Positions 7,643-18,486 are shown, counted from the first letter of the stretch. The stretch: DNA of 64,000 bases from an uncultured virus (IMG/VR IMGVR_UViG_3300010157_000054) (IMGVR_UViG_3300010157_000054), one strand, 5' to 3'. Made by a program: numbers and translations. Notes: generated by a model from the letters alone, not told the origin.

Positions 7643-8652
7643 AGGCTGTTATAAATCTCTAATAGCGTATTCTTGTTAAACTGATCAGAGTCAATATTAA
7701 TAATTTGACTTGACACAATTTGATCAACTGATTCAAATGCTTGAATGTCGATATTAGTATTAATTTCAATTTCTTTACGTTCGGCAATTAACGTAAGTTC
7801 TCGGATGTCATAATCCGCAATAAATTTTTCTTTAATAAAACTTGCTTCTTCGTAGGTAATATCGATGTCTAACGCAACTCGTAAATGTTGTTTAGGTTTA
7901 ATAATAGTATCAGCTTCGTCAATTAATCTGCTTAATGCTAATGTACGAAATGTCGGTTGATTAGGCCACGAATGAAATACCGGTTGACCGCCCCATTCTA
8001 AAATCATCATGCCTCGATCGTCATCCCAAGCATCTGAATAGTTATGAGGAAATGCGTTACCGATGTAACACATATTTTCATTCATTTGACGTTTATGAAA
8101 ATGTCCGCTAAAGCCCATTTCAAAGCCTTTAAACGCTTCTGCTTGAAGCTCTCCGTGATCAGGCATCTGTACCATTGCGTTCATAAAGAACTTGGGCAAT
8201 TCAAAGTGGCCAAAACAATATTTGCCTGTGCGATTTTTAATAGTCTTCCACTCCTCGCCAACTAGCCACGGGCATAGGGTAACATCACCAATGGTGGTAA
8301 CTTCGGGAACTACAGTAACACCGGGAATATATTTGCCAAATTCTACAGAGTGAATATCCCGCTTGTCTTTGTAATATAGATCATGATTGCCAGGGAAGAA
8401 ATAAAATTGATCGAACGCCTGACCGAGCTTTTCCAAGGCCCTAAGGCTATAGTCCATAGTAGTGATATTAAGACTATTGCGATTATGATGCCAATCGCCC
8501 ATAAAAATTCCAACATCACAACCTTCCTCCTTGGCTTTGGCAATGTACCAGTCTACGAAATCCTCACAGTCTTGATTGTGAGTATTACTGTTCGACTTCA
8601 ATCCAAAATGTATGTCTGTAAAACAGGCAATCTTTTTAAACATATTACTCAT
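7639..8652 (-). CDS. gp47: Recombination endonuclease nuclease subunit (gp47/SbcD/Mre11-like)
   Basis: Metallophosphoesterase motifs DIHFG, GD, GNHD, GHFH; start moved to ATG 8652, overlapping the gp55 stop. Confidence 0.93.
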   Translation of the reverse strand: MSNMFKKIACFTDIHFGLKSNSNTHNQDCEDFVDWYIAKAKEEGCDVGIFMGDWHHNRNSLNITTMDYSLRALEKLGQAFDQFYFFPGNHDLYYKDKRDIHSVEFGKYIPGVTVVPEVTTIGDVTLCPWLVGEEWKTIKNRTGKYCFGHFELPKFFMNAMVQMPDHGELQAEAFKGFEMGFSGHFHKRQMNENMCYIGNAFPHNYSDAWDDDRGMMILEWGGQPVFHSWPNQPTFRTLALSRLIDEADTIIKPKQHLRVALDIDITYEEASFIKEKFIADYDIRELTLIAERKEIEINTNIDIQAFESVDQIVSSQIINIDSDQFNKNTLLEIYNSL

Positions 8653-9478
8653 TAGAACTGCTTTCCTCATTGCGTTTTACTGCGGCAGCATGTTCACCGG
8701 CACCTGTGCGCGAGTATGATGGATTCATACCGTTCATCTCAAGAATGTCATCACGGATATTTTGATTACGCTTTTCAATATTAATAACACGAACAAAACT
8801 GTTGGTCACCGCCGCAGTAAAGTAAGCAAATGGGTTATCACTTTTGCTTTCATCAAATTGTAATCCAATCTGTGTTAACTGTAGAATAGCCTGACCCTTC
8901 ATCTCGTCATTGTATGTGTAGCCACGAACGTTGCCGCGAGTAGCGTACCTCTCACATAATTTTAACATCATTCGTGCTAGAGTTGGAGTAATTTGACCCG
9001 CATCTTTGTCAAATTTGCCTTTTTCAAGATCACCCTTCCAATGGCTTTTACCCACGCAAATTATTTCATCTTCATCGTTAAACTTCCAATGCTGGAACGG
9101 CGGAAAGTTTACTTTGTCTCGGTGATCTGCTAGACTTTTAGGATTCTTTTTACGTACATTATTAAGCGGAATATGATCAAAGGTCATGATCCTAAACACA
9201 ACATCTGTTTTGGCAATCTTTTTATAGTCTACTTCACAGTCTGCTTGTTTGACTTTTTGCCCGTCTTTTTTGCGGGTAGCATAGTCTAAATCACCTATTC
9301 TTTTGGCTTGATTTCTTTTAGCTTCTGCTACTGTACGTATGTTTATTTTGTCCACACTCGGCAAAATAATATCATATTGATGATACTTTGGATCGGTAAA
9401 ACTACAGTATGATGTCTTACTTCTGTGTATTTCTAACAACATATCTTTATTGTTTAGATAGTTAACTTTTGCGGTCAT
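8645..9478 (-). CDS. gp55: Late-transcription sigma factor, T4 gp55-like
   Basis: YLNNKD N-terminus; GYTYNDEM, FDESKSDNPFAYFT motifs; synteny with gp47/gp46; TAAATA promoters in the window. Confidence 0.85.
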   Translation of the reverse strand: MTAKVNYLNNKDMLLEIHRSKTSYCSFTDPKYHQYDIILPSVDKINIRTVAEAKRNQAKRIGDLDYATRKKDGQKVKQADCEVDYKKIAKTDVVFRIMTFDHIPLNNVRKKNPKSLADHRDKVNFPPFQHWKFNDEDEIICVGKSHWKGDLEKGKFDKDAGQITPTLARMMLKLCERYATRGNVRGYTYNDEMKGQAILQLTQIGLQFDESKSDNPFAYFTAAVTNSFVRVINIEKRNQNIRDDILEMNGMNPSYSRTGAGEHAAAVKRNEESSSNE

Positions 9479-9499
9479 GGATCATTCCTATTTTAAGCT

Positions 9500-9528
9500 A
9501 TTATAAACTACGCGGTTAATAAAGTCAA
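9500..9528 (-). promoter_or_regulatory. Sigma70-type promoter for the gp55 operon
   Basis: TTGACT-17 nt-TATAAT on the minus strand. Confidence 0.75.
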
Positions 9529-9535
9529 ATAAATA
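9528..9535 (+). promoter_or_regulatory. Late promoter AATAAATA for the baseplate operon
   Basis: Upstream of ATG 9555 with AAGGGA SD; back-to-back with the gp55 promoter. Confidence 0.6.
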
Positions 9536-9554
9536 CTTGCCAAAGGGACATATT

Positions 9555-10556
9555 ATGGCAGTCAATGGACAAAATTTACAATCAACTATAGCGGCTACTA
9601 CAGCAACGTTCGGTGCGGCAACTGCCGCAATTGGCACTGCGCAACGGCTTGGTTCAGCACTATCAAATATAGGTAGCGCAGCCGATGTTGGTAGCGCAAT
9701 TCGCAGTATCAATCTTCCAGCGGCAGGTGAAGCAGTTGGTGATATTATGGGTGCTATCTCCATGTTTGGCGGTGGCGGCGATAATCCTAATGATTGGCGA
9801 GTTAAATTAAGCATGCCAAACTGGGTTAGTTTTAAAAATAGTGCTGTGCTTAAACCACTGAAAGATGCGGGAGGATTTATATTTCCATACACTCCGGAAA
9901 TATCAATTAGTAGCACATCAAAATATACCCCAGTTGTTCCGACACACAGTAATTATCCCTTCCAAGCATATCAAAATAGTGATCCTGGCACAATAACTGT
10001 TACAGGAGATTTCAACGTAGAAGACAGTACACAAGCATTGTATTGGATTGCCTGTGTTCACTACTTGCGATCAGTTACAAAAATGTTTTCTGGATTTGAT
10101 CCTAAAGCAGGTAATCCTCCTCCAATTGTAAAGTTAAACGGATACGGAGCATACGTGTTTAAAAATATTCCAGTACTAGTTACATCCATGAAAGTCACGC
10201 TAGGTAAAGAATGTGATTATATCAGTTGTAATGTAGTAGGTAGTGCCGCAGGCGAGCTAGCTGGTATCGCTGATAGTATTGGCGGCCTTGCTGACGCAGT
10301 TGGTGGAGCCTTACCTGGCTTATCTGGTATTACAAGTACGGTAAGTAGTATAGCAGGCGGCGTCGGCCAAGTAGCAAGCCTATTAGGCAGTTTTGGCCTT
10401 GGTGGCTCGACTAGTGGCGGAACAGCACATGTGCCAACAAAGAGTACAATTGTAGTTACATTACAGCCTGCTTACAGTAGAGCAAGTGCTCGTAGTTTTA
10501 GTCTTGATAGATTTGTACAAGGTGGATACATGAATAACTCAGTAGGATACGTATAA
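9555..10556 (+). CDS. Tail tube initiator/baseplate protein (gp48/gp54-like)
   Basis: FPYTP, ITVTGDF, PPPIVKLNGYG motifs resemble tube-fold baseplate proteins; first gene of the baseplate operon. Start set at the ATG after the SD. Confidence 0.55.
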   Translation: MAVNGQNLQSTIAATTATFGAATAAIGTAQRLGSALSNIGSAADVGSAIRSINLPAAGEAVGDIMGAISMFGGGGDNPNDWRVKLSMPNWVSFKNSAVLKPLKDAGGFIFPYTPEISISSTSKYTPVVPTHSNYPFQAYQNSDPGTITVTGDFNVEDSTQALYWIACVHYLRSVTKMFSGFDPKAGNPPPIVKLNGYGAYVFKNIPVLVTSMKVTLGKECDYISCNVVGSAAGELAGIADSIGGLADAVGGALPGLSGITSTVSSIAGGVGQVASLLGSFGLGGSTSGGTAHVPTKSTIVVTLQPAYSRASARSFSLDRFVQGGYMNNSVGYV

Positions 10557-10557
10557 T

Positions 10558-10860
10558 ATGTCAGCAGTATACACAAACTTTAGCCCGTGGGCCACTACGG
10601 AAATAAAAGAAAATTATCTTGGGGTTCTATCAATTAGAGCAGTCAGCGCCGAGCCCGATGATTTTTTATATACAATAGAATCACAGTATACACACCGTCC
10701 AGATCTACTGGCATATGACTTGTACGGTGAAGCTTCACTATGGTGGGTTTTCATCCAGCGCAATCTTAATGTGCTCCAAGATCCGATATTTGATTTTGTA
10801 TCGGGCACAAAAATCTATATTCCAAAGTCTAGCAGTTTAAAAATAGTGTTAGGTCTGTAA
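10558..10860 (+). CDS. Baseplate wedge LysM-like protein (gp53-like)
   Basis: RPDLLAYDLYGEASLWWVF...N...G..IYIP motif. Confidence 0.8.
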   Translation: MSAVYTNFSPWATTEIKENYLGVLSIRAVSAEPDDFLYTIESQYTHRPDLLAYDLYGEASLWWVFIQRNLNVLQDPIFDFVSGTKIYIPKSSSLKIVLGL

Positions 10861-10861
10861 T

Positions 10862-13084
10862 ATGGGTATTCTTGATTCAGCAACAACCGCAGTTTCTGAC
10901 GTAGCTAACGCCATAACCTCAGGACCAGCATCTGCGCTGTCTAGCGTAACTAATGCTATTTCGGGAGCGTTGGGCGGAGTAGGGTCTTTATTATCTAGCC
11001 TAGGCGGATCAAAACTTCCGCTACCAAACATACTATCTCAATATACCACTTATAACTATGTGTTGAGCATTGGTGTATTAACAACTGCTGACCTTAATAA
11101 TCCCGACGCTACTTATATGGCAGGAAAAAATATACCGTTAATTTGTAAGTCAGCAAACGCAGATCCGTCAAACAGAATTGCTACCGCCTACGGTAAATTT
11201 GATTTTTTTATTGAGAATCTCCAACTTCACAGCCAGATGGGATTTCAAAAAAACGCAAATACCAACATTACAAAATTAAGCTTCTCAATCACAGAGCCGT
11301 TCAGCATGGGAATGTTCCCCATCACCCTTCAAACAGCGGCATTTCAATACGGCTGGAAAAATTATAGAGATGCTCCCTTCCTGTTAAAAATTGAATTTAG
11401 GGGCAACAAAGCAGACGGGTCAATGGCAGTAGTACCACAATCTACTAGATATATTCCTTTCAAATTCATATCAATGAATATGCGTACTAGTGAAAAAGGC
11501 ACGAACTATGACTGTAAAGTTATTCCTTATAATTTTACTGCGCTTAGTACACGGAATTCAAACTTCAAAAGTGATGTATCATTTAAAGGCGCAACTGTTC
11601 AAGAAATGCTACAAACCGGTGAAAAAAGTTTACAAGCAGTGATCAATCAACGACTCCAGCAGATGAAAACTGACGGATTATTGAAAGTTCCAGACGAGGT
11701 GGTTATATTATTTCCAACTAACCCGGCATCGTCTGCCAGTGCTGCCGCATCGTCTTCAAACACTGAATCAAAAGGGTCAGCAACTACTAGCGCACCCTCA
11801 GGTGGAGGAGGAGGCAAAGGTGAATTACTTAAAAAGTTAGGGATAGCTGAAAGTAAAATTAATAAAACACTAGTACAGCCCGACGGTGAATGTAATGCTT
11901 TAGGAAAAGCAAGTATGGGATTTGGCCTTGATAAAAAGGGTGATCCTGCATTTGGTAACGAAAGTAAACAATGGGACGGTAAAAATAAAGTATGGGCCCG
12001 CGGCAACTCCACTGGCAATATTAAAGAAGGCGAATTTAGATTTAGTCAAGATACTAATATTGTAAATGCTATTAATCAAGTGCTGATCAGTAGTAATTAT
12101 CCATCAGAAACATTAGATCCTGGAAAACTTAGCCCAGAAGGTATGCGAGATTGGTGGATCATTGATGTTCAAACGTATCCGATCGACACAGATGAAAATG
12201 ATGATTCTACTGGTAAAAAACCCAGCTTGTTTGTGTATAGAGTAATGCCTTATAAAGTTAGCACAGCATCTACTAATCCTCCAAATACTGCTCCTCCTGG
12301 AATTAAAAACTTAAAAAAACAGGCGGTTAAAGAATATAATTATTTGTATACTGGAAAAAATACAGAAGTTTTAAAATTTGATATCGAATTTAATTTAAGT
12401 TTTTCAACATTAATGGCCGCTGACGGATTAAAAAGATCTCAGGATGTCCAATTAGGCGCAAATCAAGGATCGGCTGAAGTTAAGAAAAATATATTAGATC
12501 CACAACCAGACGGCCAAAAAGTAGCGGCATTAGCGGGAGTTACACCGACGTCTACAATATTTTCACTAACCTCGACTACAACTGATAGATTAGGTGGCGG
12601 CGGAGCAGACACTCAAGCAACCCGAGCGGCTCGTGTATTTCATGATGCAATTACCAAAGGGGTAGACATGATGAAATTGAATATGGAAATTTTTGGTGAT
12701 CCATACTACATTGCGCAAAGCGGGATGGGCAATTATACTTCAAAACCGACGGCATTTCAAAATCTAAATCAAGACGGAACAGTTAATCATCAAAACGGCG
12801 AAGTTCATATATCGGTGAATTTTAGAACTCCGATCGACATTAATCAAGGAACCGGCTTGTATAATTTTGCTGGATCAACATCTGCCCCAGTAGTCCAATG
12901 GAGTGGATTGTATCGTGTAATAACAGTGATTAGTAAGTTTGAAGGCGGCCAGTTTAAACAAACATTAAGTGGCAACAGGGTACAGCAACAAGAAAATCCA
13001 AAACCCGGTACAGCAGCCAACACATTTACTACAAGTAACGCAAAACCAGATCCTAAGGATCCTTACGCAGTAGGCGGACCATAA
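10862..13084 (+). CDS. Baseplate hub protein (gp27/VgrG-like)
   Basis: Position between gp53-like and spike genes; C-terminal IFGDPYY and SGLYRVITVISKFEGGQFKQTL motifs. Confidence 0.6.
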   Translation: MGILDSATTAVSDVANAITSGPASALSSVTNAISGALGGVGSLLSSLGGSKLPLPNILSQYTTYNYVLSIGVLTTADLNNPDATYMAGKNIPLICKSANADPSNRIATAYGKFDFFIENLQLHSQMGFQKNANTNITKLSFSITEPFSMGMFPITLQTAAFQYGWKNYRDAPFLLKIEFRGNKADGSMAVVPQSTRYIPFKFISMNMRTSEKGTNYDCKVIPYNFTALSTRNSNFKSDVSFKGATVQEMLQTGEKSLQAVINQRLQQMKTDGLLKVPDEVVILFPTNPASSASAAASSSNTESKGSATTSAPSGGGGGKGELLKKLGIAESKINKTLVQPDGECNALGKASMGFGLDKKGDPAFGNESKQWDGKNKVWARGNSTGNIKEGEFRFSQDTNIVNAINQVLISSNYPSETLDPGKLSPEGMRDWWIIDVQTYPIDTDENDDSTGKKPSLFVYRVMPYKVSTASTNPPNTAPPGIKNLKKQAVKEYNYLYTGKNTEVLKFDIEFNLSFSTLMAADGLKRSQDVQLGANQGSAEVKKNILDPQPDGQKVAALAGVTPTSTIFSLTSTTTDRLGGGGADTQATRAARVFHDAITKGVDMMKLNMEIFGDPYYIAQSGMGNYTSKPTAFQNLNQDGTVNHQNGEVHISVNFRTPIDINQGTGLYNFAGSTSAPVVQWSGLYRVITVISKFEGGQFKQTLSGNRVQQQENPKPGTAANTFTTSNAKPDPKDPYAVGGP

Positions 13085-13085
13085 T

Positions 13086-14537
13086 ATGGCAGGACTAGAT
13101 GATCAGTCAACAGAAAAATCAGTAAACCCCGGCGACCAAGCCCCTCCCCGACCCGGCCCCTTCCTAGCAAAAGTTGTCGGAGTACTTGACCAAGAGTATA
13201 TGGGAGGACTAACAGTCCAATTAATGAAACCGGGCGGCAATGATGCGGTTGACGGGCAGACAATCCCAGTCAAAATGCTAACCCCGTTTTATGGTACCAC
13301 AGGTGTTGGTAATGTAGGAGCCGATCCTAACGACTATAACAATACACAAAAAAGTTACGGCATGTGGTTTGTACCGCCAGATGTAGGAACAATCGTTCTA
13401 GTATTTTTTATTGATGGAAATCCAAAGTACGGATACTGGATGGGGTGTGCGCTCGATGACAGTATGAACTTTATGTTGCCGGGCATAGCCGCAACAGAAG
13501 CAGTTGTTGAGGGTGGTGGACGACTTCCTGTAGCCGAATATAACAAAAAATTAAACGAGCAAACATGTGTAGATACAACCAAAGTTAAAAAACCAAAACA
13601 CCCTTTTGCTTCAGTGTTAGAAATACAGGGACTAGTAAAAGATGACGTTCGCGGGATCACAACAAGTAGTGCCCGCAGAGATATTCCTAGCGCAGTCTTT
13701 GGTATATCAACCCCTGGCCCGCTTGATAAGACTCCGGGTTCAAAAACAGGTGATGTTGGTGTAAAAGATAATGTACAAAAAGGAGTTCCAGTTAGCAGAT
13801 TAGGCGGCACTACCTTTGTGATGGACGACGGCGATGATAAATTTTTACGTAAAACAAAAGCTAGCGATGGTCCACCAGAGTATACCGCAGTAGAGCAAGG
13901 CGAAACTGGCGGTGATGTAAAAATACCGCACAACGAATTAGTTCGTATTCGAACTAGAACTGGCCACCAAATTTTACTACACAATAGCGAAGATTTAATT
14001 TATATAGGAAATGCGCGAGGCACGACCTGGATAGAGTTGACCAGCAACGGCAAAATTGACATCTACGCAGAGGATAGTATTAGCCTACATACTAAACAAG
14101 ATTTTAATGTGACAGCTGATAGAGATATCAACATGACTGCTAAAGGAAATATTAATCTTAATTCAACGGCGTTAACAAATTTGTCATCAACTGGTAATTT
14201 TAATATTAACTCAGCCGGTACAGCAAATATAACATCTACAGGAGCAGCCAACGTGAGTAGTGGTGCTGGTGTATTAGTTACTGGTACTAGAATTGACCTA
14301 AATGGCCCTGCGGCCGCCAAATCAATTAAAGCACCTAAGGCAGTTCGAATACCCCAAGCAGAACCGTGGAAGGGGCATGAGAATCTAGATCCTACAGCGT
14401 TTACTCCGGCCAAAACAAAAGCAGTAGTGCCGGCAGTCGGAGTAACCCCAAAAGACCCAGTAGAACCTACTCCGGCATCATTTGGAAAATATTCAACAGC
14501 CACTGATACATTTAGTAAAATTAAAGGAGCAGAGTAA
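13086..14537 (+). CDS. Baseplate central spike (gp5/Vgr-like)
   Basis: OB-fold motif GMWFVPPDVGTIVLVFF; RTRTGHQI; C-terminal Asn/Ser/Thr beta-helix repeats. Confidence 0.8.
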   Translation: MAGLDDQSTEKSVNPGDQAPPRPGPFLAKVVGVLDQEYMGGLTVQLMKPGGNDAVDGQTIPVKMLTPFYGTTGVGNVGADPNDYNNTQKSYGMWFVPPDVGTIVLVFFIDGNPKYGYWMGCALDDSMNFMLPGIAATEAVVEGGGRLPVAEYNKKLNEQTCVDTTKVKKPKHPFASVLEIQGLVKDDVRGITTSSARRDIPSAVFGISTPGPLDKTPGSKTGDVGVKDNVQKGVPVSRLGGTTFVMDDGDDKFLRKTKASDGPPEYTAVEQGETGGDVKIPHNELVRIRTRTGHQILLHNSEDLIYIGNARGTTWIELTSNGKIDIYAEDSISLHTKQDFNVTADRDINMTAKGNINLNSTALTNLSSTGNFNINSAGTANITSTGAANVSSGAGVLVTGTRIDLNGPAAAKSIKAPKAVRIPQAEPWKGHENLDPTAFTPAKTKAVVPAVGVTPKDPVEPTPASFGKYSTATDTFSKIKGAE

Positions 14538-14980
14538 TGAGTTCAAACGGAAATTTATACACTAAAATAGCATTGCCAGCTGCCAATCGTGCCGAAGATA
14601 TTCATCCTAAGATGTACAAGGGATTTAGTACGCTAAGTGCTGATACAGAAAATTATAGTTTATACGACTTATCTTTGATACAGCAAGATTTGTTAAATCA
14701 TTTTAATGTTCGTCAAGGCGAGCGATTAATGAATCCTGCGTTTGGCACAATTATCTGGGACTTATTATTTGAACCACTAACTGAAGACCTCAAAGGATTA
14801 ATTTTAGAAAACGTAAATCAGATTATCAATTATGATCCTCGAGTTAAAGCTGACAACGTTATTGTTACATCCTATGAAAGCGGAATACAAATTGAATGCT
14901 TTTTAACTTACCTGCCGTATAACATCAGCCAGAGTCTACAACTACGTTTTGACCAGGCAAACGGCCTGTTGGCAGCATAA
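14537..14980 (+). CDS. gp25: Baseplate wedge subunit gp25-like
   Basis: GERLMNPAFGTIIWDLLFEP and YDPRV motifs. Confidence 0.9.
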   Translation: MSSNGNLYTKIALPAANRAEDIHPKMYKGFSTLSADTENYSLYDLSLIQQDLLNHFNVRQGERLMNPAFGTIIWDLLFEPLTEDLKGLILENVNQIINYDPRVKADNVIVTSYESGIQIECFLTYLPYNISQSLQLRFDQANGLLAA

Positions 14981-15001
14981 TATACGCAGATAATTTTATT
15001 C

Positions 15002-15009
15002 AATAAATA
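15002..15009 (+). promoter_or_regulatory. Late promoter AATAAATA
   Basis: 18 nt upstream of ATG 15028 with AGGA SD. Confidence 0.65.
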
Positions 15010-15027
15010 CAAGATATAGGATAAATC

Positions 15028-18000
15028 ATGAGTTCAACCGATAGACAAAATAGGTTATTAGTAGCTGAGGACTGGAAAAAAGTCTATCAGAGTTTCAGAA
15101 ACGCAGACTTTCAGAGTTACGATTTTGAAAATCTTCGCAGGACCATGATCGATTATATCCGTCAAAATTATCCTGAAGATTACAACGACTACATTGAATC
15201 TAGCGAATACCTTGCCCTCATTGATCTTATCGCATTTATGGGGCAAAGTATTGCTTTCCGTGTTGACTTAAATGCTCGCGAAAATTTCTTAGAATTAGCA
15301 GAGCGTCGAGAATCAGTATTAAGATTAGCACGTATGTTGAGTTATAATGCTAAACGCAACGTGGCAGCTTCTGGTGTTTTAAAATTCTCATCAGTTCAAA
15401 CTACTCAAAATGTCATTGACAGTAACGGTCGAAACTTATCAGGCCAAGTAATTGCGTGGAACGATGCGTCAAACGATAACTGGTACGATCAGTTTATTAA
15501 GATTATGAACGCGGCTATGGCGCCCACTCAACAATTTGGAAGCCCGTCTGACAAAGCAGATGTTTACGGAATTCCAACAGAGCAATATAGATTTAATGCG
15601 GCCAATAATGATGTGCCGGTATACGCATTTACTAAATCTGTTGGCGGTCGCAACATGAATTTTGAAATAACTAGCACTACATTTACCGGACAAAATTATA
15701 TCTATGAGGAGCCGCCATCGGTTGGTAATAAGATGGCGTGTATATATCGTGATGACGGGCGCGGCCCGAGCAGTAGAGGATCGGGTTTCTTTTTAAATTT
15801 TACACAAGGTACCTTGAATCAAGGATCATTTACTATTACTCAACCAAGCTCAACAGAATCAGTTGACATTGATTCTACTAACATTAATAATAACGATGTA
15901 TGGTTATATAAATTAAATCAAGCAGGAATTGAAACTGAAAAATGGTCAAAAGTTTCTAGTTTTGAAGGCAACAACATTATTTACAATAGCCTTAATAAAA
16001 AGATTAGAAATATTTATGGAGTAGTAACTAGAGCAGGAGATGCTATTAGTCTAACATTTAGCGATGGCATATTTGGAAATTTACCATTAGGTATATTTAG
16101 AGTATACTATCGAATCAGTAACGGGCTTGCGTACACTATCAATACTCAAGATATCCGTAGTGTAACAATTAATATTCCTTATTATTCTAGCTCTAATCAA
16201 CAAGAAACATTGACCATTTCTTTAAGTCTAGCTACCTCTGTATCTAATGCGGATGTTTCAGAAACTAGCGACAGCATTAAAGCCAATGCTCCGCAAACAT
16301 ACTATACACAAAATAGAATGATTACAGGCGAGGACTATAATATTAGTCCGCTATCAGCAAGTACTCAAGTAGCAAAAGTAAAAGCAGTTAACCGAACAAG
16401 TAGCGGCATTAGTCGATATTTTGATCTAGTAGATCCAACAGGAAAATATAGTTCTACAAATCTATTTGCCACAGATGGTATCATTTATAATGAAAAATAC
16501 AAATCGCAAACACGATTTAGTTATGCTAATAAAACAGATATTGAAGGCGTAATTTATAATAATGTTTTTGATATATTAACTAGAAAAAATTTACGTAATT
16601 TTTATTATTCAAACTTTAATAATTTTATCACATCCAGTCTTAATATTTCTTGGTTTAATCGTACAACCGATACTGGAATGTCATCTGGGTACATTGGCGC
16701 AACTGACGGCACTCCGTATAAAGTGGGTTCATACACTAGTACTGATTTAAAATATTTTACTTCTGGATCTTTAATTAAATTTATTCCACCGGCCGGCTAT
16801 TATTTTAATACTAATAATAATAACTCATTGGTACTACAAACCGTGCCTGCTAGTCCCGGAACGAGCGCATACTTATGGGCAGAAGTTATATCGGTCGTAG
16901 ACGACGGTACTGCGGTTGGTACTGGAACATTATCTACAGGGTTCGGCCCATTGATGTTGAATAGAGTAGTTCCTACAGATGCTACAATAACACAAATTCT
17001 GCCAAAGTGGAGAACAGTGATTGATAGTACAGTTATCACTACTATGATAGAATTAATCTTTGCTAACAAACCGTTCGGCTTAAGATATAGTAGCGTTACT
17101 CAAACATGGCAAATTGTATTCGAGTCAAATCTTGATATAGTATCTCAATTCAGTCTTGGTAAACAAGGTGACGTTTCTAATAAGCAACAAGACGCTAGTT
17201 GGTTATTGTTGTTTACTACTGATAACGAATATTATACTATTACTAGCCGTGAAGAACAATACATTTTTGAAAGTAACCAACAAATTAGATTTTACTTTGA
17301 TAGTAGCAATAAAATTTATGATAGTCGTTCTAATTCAGTAGTTAAGGACAATATTAATATTCTGAGTGTTAATACACAACCGGGTGTTACTAGTCCGTTC
17401 ACTCGTGATCAAGTATGGGATGTTGTTTCTGAGTTTATTGGTCTTGATGGATATATTGATACTAAAAAATTGATAGTATCATTTGCTGATTCTGACGATA
17501 ACAATGTTGTCGATGACCCTGAATTGTTTATGAATATAGTTGATCCACTAACAAACCCAACGACAAAATATATCCTACAAGAAAAATATTTAATTAGTCA
17601 AGGCCAAGAAGATTATAGATATATTACAAATACTGATAATAAAGTGATAGTGTTGCCAACAGATCCTAACGCATATGGTTCTTATGTTGACGGACAATAT
17701 TTTTATTTCATTGATACTGATACTGTAAAAAAATTAAATGCGTCTACTGGCAAATTAACTACCAGTTTAGATTATAAAGTTTTTGTTGGCCGCGATAATC
17801 TAAAATTCCAATATACTCATAGTGCCGATTACGAATCAAGAGTTGATCCAGGATCAAGCAACATTATGGATGTATTTGTCCTAACAACGGGATATGATAC
17901 TGCATTTAGGCAATGGTTGAACGGTGCTAATATAACAAAACCGTTAGCACCAAGCTCAGACGAATTATATAATACTGTTGCTCCATCGTTAAATTTAATT

Positions 18001-18486
18001 AAGTCAATTAGTGACGAAATTGTATATCATCCTGTAAGTTATAAAATTTTATTTGGCGCAACGGCTGATGAAGATGTTCAAGCAAGTTTTAAAATTGTAA
18101 AAAATGCTGGGCAAGTACTGACCGACAATGATGTTAAAGCTCGTGTTATCACAGCAATGAATCAATTTTTTGCTTTAGAAAATTGGGAATTTGGAGACAC
18201 TTTCTATTTTACTGAGCTAGCAACATATATCGTAAATCAACTTGCCCCGGACATTAGTAATTTTGTCATTGTGCCTAGACAATCTGGTTTAAACTTTGGC
18301 AGCTTATTTGAAATTAAGTCAGCAACTGATCAAATTTTTATTAACGGAGCAACAGTTAACGATATTGAGATTATCTCCGGTATAACATCAAGCGCCATTA
18401 AATCAATAAGCGGCACAACAGTATCATCGACAGCGACTTCTCAACAAACAATTACAAGTTCAACATACGGATCAACAAATGGCTGA
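15028..18486 (+). CDS. gp6: Baseplate wedge subunit gp6-like (1152 aa)
   Basis: DFENLR...YNDYIESS, ENFLELAERRESVLRLARMLSY, FSDGIFGNLP, QNRMITGEDY motifs. Confidence 0.85.
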   Translation: MSSTDRQNRLLVAEDWKKVYQSFRNADFQSYDFENLRRTMIDYIRQNYPEDYNDYIESSEYLALIDLIAFMGQSIAFRVDLNARENFLELAERRESVLRLARMLSYNAKRNVAASGVLKFSSVQTTQNVIDSNGRNLSGQVIAWNDASNDNWYDQFIKIMNAAMAPTQQFGSPSDKADVYGIPTEQYRFNAANNDVPVYAFTKSVGGRNMNFEITSTTFTGQNYIYEEPPSVGNKMACIYRDDGRGPSSRGSGFFLNFTQGTLNQGSFTITQPSSTESVDIDSTNINNNDVWLYKLNQAGIETEKWSKVSSFEGNNIIYNSLNKKIRNIYGVVTRAGDAISLTFSDGIFGNLPLGIFRVYYRISNGLAYTINTQDIRSVTINIPYYSSSNQQETLTISLSLATSVSNADVSETSDSIKANAPQTYYTQNRMITGEDYNISPLSASTQVAKVKAVNRTSSGISRYFDLVDPTGKYSSTNLFATDGIIYNEKYKSQTRFSYANKTDIEGVIYNNVFDILTRKNLRNFYYSNFNNFITSSLNISWFNRTTDTGMSSGYIGATDGTPYKVGSYTSTDLKYFTSGSLIKFIPPAGYYFNTNNNNSLVLQTVPASPGTSAYLWAEVISVVDDGTAVGTGTLSTGFGPLMLNRVVPTDATITQILPKWRTVIDSTVITTMIELIFANKPFGLRYSSVTQTWQIVFESNLDIVSQFSLGKQGDVSNKQQDASWLLLFTTDNEYYTITSREEQYIFESNQQIRFYFDSSNKIYDSRSNSVVKDNINILSVNTQPGVTSPFTRDQVWDVVSEFIGLDGYIDTKKLIVSFADSDDNNVVDDPELFMNIVDPLTNPTTKYILQEKYLISQGQEDYRYITNTDNKVIVLPTDPNAYGSYVDGQYFYFIDTDTVKKLNASTGKLTTSLDYKVFVGRDNLKFQYTHSADYESRVDPGSSNIMDVFVLTTGYDTAFRQWLNGANITKPLAPSSDELYNTVAPSLNLIKSISDEIVYHPVSYKILFGATADEDVQASFKIVKNAGQVLTDNDVKARVITAMNQFFALENWEFGDTFYFTELATYIVNQLAPDISNFVIVPRQSGLNFGSLFEIKSATDQIFINGATVNDIEIISGITSSAIKSISGTTVSSTATSQQTITSSTYGSTNG

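Noticed and set aside
9488..14503. Minus-strand ORFs of 60-209 aa within the baseplate operon
   Set aside because: They fully overlap well-supported plus-strand structural genes and show no recognisable motifs.
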